DNA of 28,991 bases from Psammoneis japonica (Eukaryota): the NCBI GenBank assembly GCA_008632985.1, contig QPGO01000177.1, forward strand, positions 124,001 to 152,991. Reading direction: 5' to 3'. The notes below the pieces were generated by a model that saw only the letters and a program-made list of their open reading frames with translations, made no database searches and was not told where the DNA came from. The translations under genes were made by a program, and so were the position numbers. Below are positions 20,801 through 28,991 of the stretch, piece after piece; within the stretch, counting starts at the first letter, position 1; each line of letters opens with the position of its first letter.

Positions 20801-23050
20801 GGAGCACTTGATGACATGATGAGTTGGTTGTCAGAAGAAACATTCATCTCATGCAGAAATGATGCCAAAGCTCTCATGGAAGTGCTGGTGCATGCAGGAA
20901 ATGGACGCATCTGCCAAATGATGTGGCTTGTTTTCTCTTGCTCATGTGTGTTGCAATGGAGGTGGCACTTTCACTGCTCAGAGTGAAGGACTTGACAGGC
21001 CAGCAGGGAGAGAAAAGATTGTTGGGGGTGGACGGGTGTGGACAAGAGCTGTTCTGAGATTTGACTGTGTGATCGTTGGAGGATGTTTCAGGAGCATGCA
21101 GAATTTGTGCTGAAACCTGCTTGGAAATTGCACTGAACTGGCAGAAAATTGCTGGAAAAGTCAACAGGCTTGCAATCCACAAGGCATTGATGCCAGTTGG
21201 TTTCCACTGGAAAATGTCCCTTGTCATGCTGCAACAAGGTTGTGCCATCAGCAGAGATGGCTAAAATGTGCTGGTGCGACCCAGGGAGAAACCATCTGAG
21301 AAGGGCAACATCAATGCAAAAGGGCATGCAGAAACACACACAGAGGCTGAGGGTGAGCAGCTGACATCAAAAAGTGAGAGATGCTGAAAGCAAATGAAGT
21401 GCAGAAGACCAGCAACAATGATGTGCACAGAGATGCCAAGAAAGCAATGCCAAGATGTTGTGAGGGCACAAAAGAGAGAAAAAGACACACACACACACAC
21501 CCCAAAACATGTGCTGCATTGCCAAAAGCCCACACCCTCCTCCTTGCTGGGGTCACTCTTGGCCATTTTCAACCCACCTCTGGTTGGTCTCCACCTCATT
21601 GCCACTTGGGCCCCCCTTGTTGGGCTCCACAAGTGTGCGGGTCATGCAGAGTTCTGCACTCCAGATCTGGCAAGGAACCTCACCTGGGCCATTTTTTGCC
21701 ACCATCCATCCTGGATTGAGATCAATGCATGCACCACAATGCAAGAGGTCAGCCACCATGTTGCACTGCTGCTGAATGATGAAAGGAAGAATCAAGCCCC
21801 AAGCGGTCCTTGCCTGTGCACTGTGCACTCTTTCAAAACACCTGCCCAAAAGAAAAACAAACAAGGCCAAAAGAAAAAAAAAACACACAAGGGTTTTGTG
21901 TTTGCACACTCTCAAACCCAAACATTTGTTGCTTGCATTGCCCACATCTTGTGTCTTCCATGCCCCCCAGCTGGGGTCTGTGCCATGATTCATCTGCTGA
22001 ACCTGCCAGCAGATGTTGCCATTGTCATTGAATGGCGACTCTTTGGCAAGAAGTCATGGCACATTTTTGTCATTTGACAATTTTTGTTTGGATCTTGTGT
22101 TTGGATGCTGGGATTCTTGGAAGCAACCTCATGATTGTGACAACTGCAGAAGAAGAAGTTGGGTGCTGGGAGAAGGTGGTTCTCCAGTGTGAGCTCTCTG
22201 AGAGCATGGAGCTGCACATGATGTGACAGTGGCAACAGCCCCTGCACTCATCAAAGAGTTCTCAGTGCTGATCAGGTTGGCCTGGAGGTCAAACATGGCC
22301 ATCAAACCATTGCTCATCATCTGAAAGCTTCCAGCTGACCACAACAGGTGGGTCCTGAGCATTGTTGCACCAGCAAGCATGACAGAGAATTGAGAGGTTG
22401 TGCGGCAATGGACAGCATCCCACATCACCACCCTCAATCCTCCTGTTGATGCCAAGATCTGCCACAGTGCCAGCTTTGGACAAGCTGTCAGCAGAAAAAC
22501 AGAGCAGATGATGCTGTGGGGTCATTGACATGTTGGCTGGTGTGCAACTTGGATTTGTCCTGTGTTGGTTGCAACAAAAGCAGAAAGTGCAAACAAAATG
22601 CAGTGCGCCACGCATTGGAGGGTCCTCTCACTGATGCCAGCAGCGGCGGCAGCAAAAATCCACAAGAAAGACAAGCTCCAACATTGCAGTGCACAACTTT
22701 CAAGCTCACAAAGGCACAGCTCGCTGTTGCAAACTTCCACAGGCACAGCTGTGCTGGCTTTGTTTGTGCTGTCAAGCCTGGTTTTCTGGTGCCCCTCCCC
22801 CTGTGCCTGTCTCAAGGAGAGCCACACTTTTTCTGGTGGCCTCTTGTGCCCATCTGTGGCTGTTTCCTGTGACTGAGTGTGCCACGTGCAGGTGCAAAAA
22901 TGCAAAGCAGTTTGCAAGCCACCACAATTTTTGCAGCTGCAGCACAAGATCTTTGTGGCTCAAAAGACTTGGCAAAAAGAGTGTTGTGAGAGGAAGCCAA
23001 GAAGGAAATTAGAACATGTCAGACAAAAGGGGGGCACACTCAGCTGAGGC
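17900..23050. other. CpG- and TpA-depleted eroded block (copy 2)
   Basis: Same dinucleotide signature as copy 1 and collinear with it, but highly diverged from it. Confidence 0.9.
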
Positions 23051-23526
23051 AGGAAGGGCCATGTGTCATGTTCATTCAAGCTGGTCGAAGACATCGCCGC
23101 CGAGGGACATTCATGCATGATGTGTTCTTGTGTGTTCTTCACCCCAATCATTTGGGCCAGTCCATCAATGCGAACCCCACGTGATGAAGACGACAAAGAA
23201 TGAATCTCTCTGTGAGCCAACCGGACCTGCCGACCACCTCCTGTTCCATGGTTTAGCGCATGATGTGGTAGGTGGGTATTTAACAATGACTCTTTAACAT
23301 ATCTTTTTACTTTTTCAAATGAATGCTCTTTTATAAGTCATTGTCTCTAAATAAGAAGTCATAATGAGCTTTTAACATTTAACGACTCTATTTTTGGAGT
23401 TCGCATTGGGTGCACTCATCCGCGATCTCATTGATCATCGAACTCATCGTCACTTTTCAGCGTTGCTCACAAACTCTCCAAAAAAAAAAAAGAACAAAGA
23501 CAAGAGTAAGAGTGAAACAGAACAAT

Positions 23527-24645
23527 ATGAAAATCGTTTACCAGCGCCTCTTGGCCCTCGCCTTCTTGATATCGGTCAAATGCCTCTACGTTGTTGCGCA
23601 AGGGACACCGCAGTGTAACTTTCCTCCAATCAACAAGAACAAGGACAGGGGCGTCTATCTTTGGAACGACTGCTTTTCCGATCAGTGGCATGTTCGGGTC
23701 GTTGCTGGAAAGCAACAGGCAGCGGTGGTCGATGGTACGTTTGATGCTGAGGTTAAGGATGGCTTGAGAGTGAACAAACTCTATTTACTTGAGGCAAAAT
23801 TGGGAGACAAGGCGACAGCTTCGGGCTTCCAATTCAACGTGGGCAAAAAGGACATTGATGGCTTCGATTTCAAAACCTCAAAAGGGAAAGTGTGCCTAAC
23901 TATCAACTCTCCAGATGATATTCCATTTTACATCGGCAAAACCAAGCTGCAGTATCCCAAATCCATCAGTATTCCCGGCTACAAGCCTTGTGGCGGACCT
24001 CTGATGGAATACAAGTTTGACAGTCCTAGGAGGATAGGGTCAAGCATCAACATTGACACAGGAGAAAAGGGATGGAACGGCAAGGTTGTTGGGTATGCCC
24101 ACTATCGTGACGGATTTTCCAAACATGGTATGGGCCTTGACGGAAGGGATGACTACATGCTCATTCCTGCTTCTACGGATTTGCAGTTGAAGAACTATAC
24201 CTTGATGGCCTGGGTGCGGTACGAGGATCCTTATAAGCCTGGGAACTCCCAATGGATTATTCAAAAGGCAGCAGCAATTGGTCTCAACATAAGGCAGGAC
24301 ACCCGCCATGTAAGGACAGGTGGCTTTTTTGGGGGTTGTGGCAAAAATGACTTGGTTCAATTGGATAGCACCAAGACAGTTCCAACAGAAACCTGGACGC
24401 ACATTGCAGCAACCAAGGATCAAGAGAAGCTGACACTCTACATCAACGGTGAAAACGTCGGGGAGAAGGTACTCCCTAAACCTAATCACTACTGTGTCAA
24501 CAAGGGGCCGTTCAACATTGGCGCCAGTTATCTTGGTTCGAAGGTGGCACCGGGCACATACTTTGATGGAACGCTCGACAACGTCCGTGTCTACGACAAA
24601 GCTCTGGACAAAGGCGAAATTTTTTCTGAAATGTTTCGTCAATAG
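23527..24645 (+). CDS. Secreted LamG/concanavalin A-like domain protein, copy 2 (372 aa)
   Basis: Intact paralogue of 14561-15673 with the same signal peptide and LamG motifs; ATG at 23527. Confidence 0.9.
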   Translation: MKIVYQRLLALAFLISVKCLYVVAQGTPQCNFPPINKNKDRGVYLWNDCFSDQWHVRVVAGKQQAAVVDGTFDAEVKDGLRVNKLYLLEAKLGDKATASGFQFNVGKKDIDGFDFKTSKGKVCLTINSPDDIPFYIGKTKLQYPKSISIPGYKPCGGPLMEYKFDSPRRIGSSINIDTGEKGWNGKVVGYAHYRDGFSKHGMGLDGRDDYMLIPASTDLQLKNYTLMAWVRYEDPYKPGNSQWIIQKAAAIGLNIRQDTRHVRTGGFFGGCGKNDLVQLDSTKTVPTETWTHIAATKDQEKLTLYINGENVGEKVLPKPNHYCVNKGPFNIGASYLGSKVAPGTYFDGTLDNVRVYDKALDKGEIFSEMFRQ

Positions 24646-24985
24646 AGAGGGACGACGAAAAGCGTTCCACGATGAAGTCAAGTTTGCGCAGTCTTGTTTA
24701 GGGATAAAATAGTTCCATTTACATGTTTTGCACCTCGTAATCTTATTTTTGTTCACGCAAACACCACAATTTACGTTGTAGCTGCACTACACTGTTTGTG
24801 CCTGTCGTTGACAAGCAACGACGAATTATGATGTGTATCCCGCGTGGTCACCTTCACCTCAAACCATGTACGGTGTGCGAATTGAAATGTGCTTCTACCG
24901 TATATACTCCCATAGCGTTTGAGAGACTCAACTTTGTCGACACTTCTATCCGCATAGCGCTCCTGCAGTAGCGGTAGCTCCTGCA

Positions 24986-26221
24986 TTAGATCAACTGGTT
25001 GTGAGCGACTGGATTCGATTTTGAATAGTGAATAATGTTGCTCACTTCGTCCTTGACGTCTTTTGCGCACTTGAACACGGGAATTCCAATGTCGTAGGGC
25101 TGCGTCGTTGCAGGTTCCTGCAAATCCGTTGTCTCGTCCTTCGCTTCTGATGGATCTCCATTCAAGGGTTGAAATGGCTGCTCGATCAAATGTCCAATCT
25201 CTTCAATGCCCAACAAACACCAAGATGCCACAGCCACAACCAATAACGTTGGTATCGAACCAAGCGGCTTGATGAGACCCAGCGGTAAGGTTCCGCACCA
25301 TAGAGTCAAAAACCTGCTTGTATGTCTTGAATAGGACCATGGGACGGGCGTTTTGACAATCTTTTCACACGACGACAATGTATCCACCAATACATTGACA
25401 TCATGAGACAACTCTGACAAATGTGAGGCTTCCCAAAAGTCCATTCTCGAATCTGGATTTTCCATGGCCGCATCATGAAGCGCCGTGTGCATGGCGTGAC
25501 AAAGCATCATTGCCGGTTCCAGTGGGCTGCTTCTGCTAGTGTCCATATGAGACGGAATTGGCTTGTCCATTTTGCCAGAAACACATGTATAGCAGAGGGC
25601 ATCCGGATATGCTTGGATTAGTTGCAAGAGTCGTGAAGAGCTCTTGGGTGCACTCGGTTGAAGATAATTCACAACACCCAGTGTTAGCTTTCGACAGGTT
25701 GACATGCATTTCGTCCAAACACCCCTTGCCTCCCAAAACCTTGAATACGCCGAGTTGGTCCGAAACACCAGGAGGAGACTCATAAAGCCGCCCAACATGG
25801 AGTGGACCGTGGTTGGAAGACTGAACGCTCGGTGACTAGGATATAGCGTGTGGAATACAACAGCCAATATACAGAGCAATATATCTGCCGCCAAATGAAA
25901 TCGAATTCGTCTCAAGACAAAGGAGTTGGGTATCGAGAGAAAGTTTCTCAGCCAGTCGTCCGAGCTGTACCGAAGTCCGCTCTCTACCGATGGGCGACGA
26001 GCCGTCGGAACAACCGATAAATTAGCAATGGATGAAGCCAGATCTTGCTCTTGAGTGTATTGGTGGCTGACTCTTCTGGACAACAACCGCCACCGCTTGG
26101 GTTCAGACAAACCAAGCGGCTGCCTCGTGCTTGAAACCGAGCTTCGAAAGGCTGAGACACACAGCAACGTTGTCAAGACGACTAGAATCCGCGCACGTAT
26201 CATGGCCACTACTTTGATCAT
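24986..26221 (-). CDS. Plastid-targeted bestrophin-like anion channel (UPF0187/YneE/VCCN/BST family), 411 aa
   Basis: Family motifs LLLVFRTNSAYSRFWEAR, PVPWSYSRHTSRFL and GIEEIGHLIEQPF. N-terminal signal peptide ends CVSA|F (ASAF-type cleavage motif) and is followed by an S/R-rich transit peptide. Confidence 0.93.
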   Translation of the reverse strand: MIKVVAMIRARILVVLTTLLCVSAFRSSVSSTRQPLGLSEPKRWRLLSRRVSHQYTQEQDLASSIANLSVVPTARRPSVESGLRYSSDDWLRNFLSIPNSFVLRRIRFHLAADILLCILAVVFHTLYPSHRAFSLPTTVHSMLGGFMSLLLVFRTNSAYSRFWEARGVWTKCMSTCRKLTLGVVNYLQPSAPKSSSRLLQLIQAYPDALCYTCVSGKMDKPIPSHMDTSRSSPLEPAMMLCHAMHTALHDAAMENPDSRMDFWEASHLSELSHDVNVLVDTLSSCEKIVKTPVPWSYSRHTSRFLTLWCGTLPLGLIKPLGSIPTLLVVAVASWCLLGIEEIGHLIEQPFQPLNGDPSEAKDETTDLQEPATTQPYDIGIPVFKCAKDVKDEVSNIIHYSKSNPVAHNQLI

Positions 26222-26298
26222 TGAACGGAGCAGCTCCGGAACTTTTAAGTGGTCATTTTTTCGATTGGAGGACCCAGGAAGATGATGGCGGCAGAAAA

Positions 26299-26321
26299 CG
26301 TGATGTCACGATGCTGACGTC
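26299..26321. promoter_or_regulatory. Candidate bZIP/CCRE-type element (TGACGT at 26315-26320) plus near-palindrome CGTGATGTCACG
   Basis: Lies ~95 bp upstream of the bestrophin ATG in the divergent intergenic region. TGACGT matches the CO2/cAMP-responsive element described for the Phaeodactylum ptca1 promoter. Short motif, so it could be chance. Confidence 0.4.
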
Positions 26322-26586
26322 GCGTTCTTCATTCTAATGAAGTCATCTTGAAGATTCCTAATTCCGGTTCTGATTTTTGGCGAGTCATGGATTTCACATA
26401 TAAAAGCATCCATCTCTGAATATATTATTGAAGCAAAATGCCGATGTGCGAACGAATCTCCACAGAAAACGGAAGAAAAGATTTGAACAAAATGCGAACC
26501 CTGTGATTTTGTTCTGTTGCGTAGTTCTCCATCTCACAATCCACAAATAAAGCAACCAAACAAACATCAAATACCGACGCTCAACA

Positions 26587-26979
26587 ATGCTCTCAACCAC
26601 CGCATCAAGGTTCGTTGTTTGTTTATCACGCAGGCGATCGCCCCAGATTGCGACATGCCTGACAGGAAGCGCGAGAACTTATCATACAGTTGCAGCCGCA
26701 ACCAGCACGATGAATCATCATGGCCACCGATACCACCTCGAACAACAACCGGCAAATAATGACTCACCCTCTCAAGTCCAACACGCCTTATTGGAAGCTC
26801 TCATTAGTTGTTCTGACGAACCACTCTCTTCCTCTCGTCGGGATTCACTTTATCAAGAGCTCAAGGAACTTCCGAAAAACACCTGTCCCGACAAGCTCCA
26901 TTTCAAGAACAACGACACGACGCTGGTGATTCCGACCTCCGCGTTTCAACAGGATGACCCATCCTTTGCCTCTGTTTAA
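26587..26979 (+). CDS. Hypothetical 130-aa protein with a mitochondrial-presequence-like N-terminus
   Basis: ATG in a caacaATG context after a CA-rich leader. N-terminus is R/S/T-rich and acid-free (MLSTTASRFVVCLSRRRSPQ...ARTY). No recognisable domain. Confidence 0.5.
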   Translation: MLSTTASRFVVCLSRRRSPQIATCLTGSARTYHTVAAATSTMNHHGHRYHLEQQPANNDSPSQVQHALLEALISCSDEPLSSSRRDSLYQELKELPKNTCPDKLHFKNNDTTLVIPTSAFQQDDPSFASV

Positions 26980-27671
26980 ATCATTTCCACATGATGGACA
27001 ACCAACAGCATGCGTTGGATGCGGAACAGTTTTGGAAGACATTTGCCTTTTTCTACAAGTGTCCTCGAGTCATTCGTCTTGACAGTACAGACGAAGAATG
27101 TGTGCTGTGGCCGTCATCGACAGACAAACATTAGACAATTAGATCATGCCAATGGCAGTTTTGATAGAAATGATTAGTAATTTTAGAAGTTTTGTGAACA
27201 TTATGACTGGGTCGAAAGTTGTAAATTACGTACGACTCCTCTCCACTACCCACTAGAGCTACTTTCGCAGTCCAGTCTTTTCGTCCATACCGTTATCCTT
27301 GCCATGTACGTCGGCTTGAACCAGCCAATGCATGCAGTATGCAACGCCGCCTATGCCTTGGGGGCGTCGTACCGTATTTCTCTTTCATCCTCCTTGTGTT
27401 GCCTTTACTCGTGATTTTCTGGACACGGTATAATCCTCTCACCTGCAATTGTTGCTTTTTGCCGATCGACGTTGTTTGCCTCTGGATTTTGCAGAACTCA
27501 AGGTGGTCGCTTCTTTAATAGAGTTTTCAATTCAAACATCATGATATCAAAAATATAAATGCAGAATCTCCGACTGTAATCTTGCAGACTATGAATTACG
27601 GTGATCCATAATTTGAAACAACAAATAAGTTCCTGTAATCGTCGGTTGATATGTACATGGGAAAACATTTC

Positions 27672-28990
27672 TTAACCATCGAGTGTTTCCCACAATTCAC
27701 AGTCGCAGTTGTTATCAAGTTGTGCTGCTTCCAATTCGTTTAGCTCTTCACGAACCGCGTTTCCTTGTAACCGATTCAATTTTTTCCGGTCCGCACTGAA
27801 TCTTACACCTTCGCCCACACGCTCGTCCCGTCTATAACGCTGAACATCCAATTCTCCAGTGGACAAGAAGAATTCGCCCTTGCGCTCACGATTACCGTCG
27901 ACAAAGTTTCCTTCAAAATAGCACGGATGCGGACCATTGGTGGCGTACTCGAATCGGCCCAAACCGTGGAATTCATCATTCAAAAAGTCGCCATGGTAGA
28001 CGTCGCCATTGGCAAAAACGTATTGGCCTTTTCCTTCGCGCAAGCCATTGACAAACTCGCCCTTGTATACATCGCCGTTGCAATATGTTCGTGTGCCTTG
28101 TCCGTGCATTCTGTCGTTGCACCAAGCACCAACGTATTCTCCGTCTACATAAGAACACACATTAAAACCGGATAAGTCACTAACGATAAAACAAGCTACG
28201 GCAAAAGTACAGAAAACAACTTACCGTGTTCAAAAAACATACTGCCTTCTCCATGCCTGGTGTTTCTTACAAAGTCGCCGGAATACCTGTCTCCGTTGGG
28301 CCAAATCAAATCGCCACGTCCCTCTCTTGCGCCATTCTCTCCAAAGTCTCCGATATAAATGCACTCGACACGTGGATTGGGATAGCATGCAAACTCCTCC
28401 ATGGATATTCTTCGCGCAAAATTCTCCTTGAGCGGCCTCGACGTCACGTAAGGATTGACTAGATTCTCGGAGTAAATAGACATCAAATCACCTTCAAACT
28501 CGTGTTCGATATCATCCTCTGTCGTGCGACGAAAGTTTGTCTGAAAGGCCTCGTCATCTGCAATAATGACTTTGGGCGGGCCTCCTTCTTCTCCCGCACC
28601 AGGTGCGGCGGAAGGCTCTTGCTTCTTTTGACCCTCTTCTACAGATGTCGTCGCAGTGGCCGGAGTCCTGTTATCTGTGCAAAACAAGCATTTGCCATCC
28701 TTGACCTGATCTCGAACAGAGATGGGCTCCATCTCTTTGTTTCGTCGAAACATACCCTTGCCTTTGATTTTGAACAGTTGAATGCCGCATGTGGGACACT
28801 GGCCGTTTCGCATACGCTCCCAACGGAGCTTTTCATCGAGTTCAGGTTTTGCTGGTGGGGTCTGTGGAGGAGCCGGAGCTGAAACCTTAGTCGGAGTTTG
28901 CGCTGGGGCCAGAGCTGGAACTGCAGCTGGAGCCGAAGGAGGTGCTATTGGTGCAGGAGATGCATTTGGAATAGGAGGCCCTGTTGAGCT
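27672..28990 (-). CDS. MORN-repeat protein with Pro-rich region and CxxC...CxxC motif; 5'-partial. Exons >28990-28225 and 28144-27672
   Basis: MORN units such as YIGDF...REGRG, YSGDFVRNTRHGEG, YVGAWCNDRMHGQG, YKGEFVNGLREGKG, YHGDFLNDEFHGLG. An 80-bp GTAAGT...TAG intron (28224-28145) joins the two ORFs in frame (EH-D-GEY). The frame is open to the window edge. Confidence 0.9.
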
Positions 28991-28991
28991 C

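Larger units (their letters stand above)
17334..26283. repeat. Tandem segmental duplication, unit 2 (~8.95 kb)
   Basis: Collinear with unit 1. Lacks the MITE, the internal duplication and ~12190-13660; has extra sequence ~20400-21380. Confidence 0.88.

Noticed and set aside
7100..23050. Classical fungal RIP
   Set aside because: RIP converts CpA to TpA and enriches TA/AT. Here TA is depleted and CA/TG is enriched.
17818..23286. Same dense ORF cloud in block 2
   Set aside because: Same reason; no coherent gene structure.
23410..23526. N-terminal extensions of the LamG ORFs (also 14501-14560)
   Set aside because: They use non-ATG starts in an A-rich 5' leader; the signal peptide begins at ATG 23527/14561.
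24040..24756. 238-aa antisense ORF
   Set aside because: Overlaps the LamG gene on the opposite strand and is not preserved as one ORF in the paralogue.

Overview
Eukaryotic window, most likely a diatom (short GT-AG introns, a bipartite plastid presequence, RXL/GK-rich secreted protein); the taxon is my inference. From left to right: (1) a spliced ~1,490-aa secreted Cys-rich, GK-rich, Pro/Thr mucin-like protein gene (135-4912). (2) A large tandem segmental duplication, unit 1 ~5678-17333 and unit 2 ~17334-26283. Each unit holds a degenerate P-loop gene fragment, a multi-kb eroded block, an intronless secreted LamG-domain gene, and a plastid-targeted bestrophin-like gene. The unit-1 bestrophin lost its upstream region and is frameshifted. 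(3) An 813-bp PIF/Harbinger-type MITE with TAA target-site duplication, in unit 1 only. (4) A small putative mitochondrial ORF and a spliced MORN-repeat gene running off the right edge. The strongest signal is the two eroded blocks (~7100-14150 and ~17900-23050), in which BOTH CpG and TpA are almost absent. Paralogue comparison shows CG->TG/CA and TA->CA/TG changes. This suggests a regional, context-specific hypermutation process that runs opposite to fungal RIP at TpA. The dozens of Cys/His/Gln/Trp-rich ORFs in those blocks are artefacts of the missing TAA/TAG stops.
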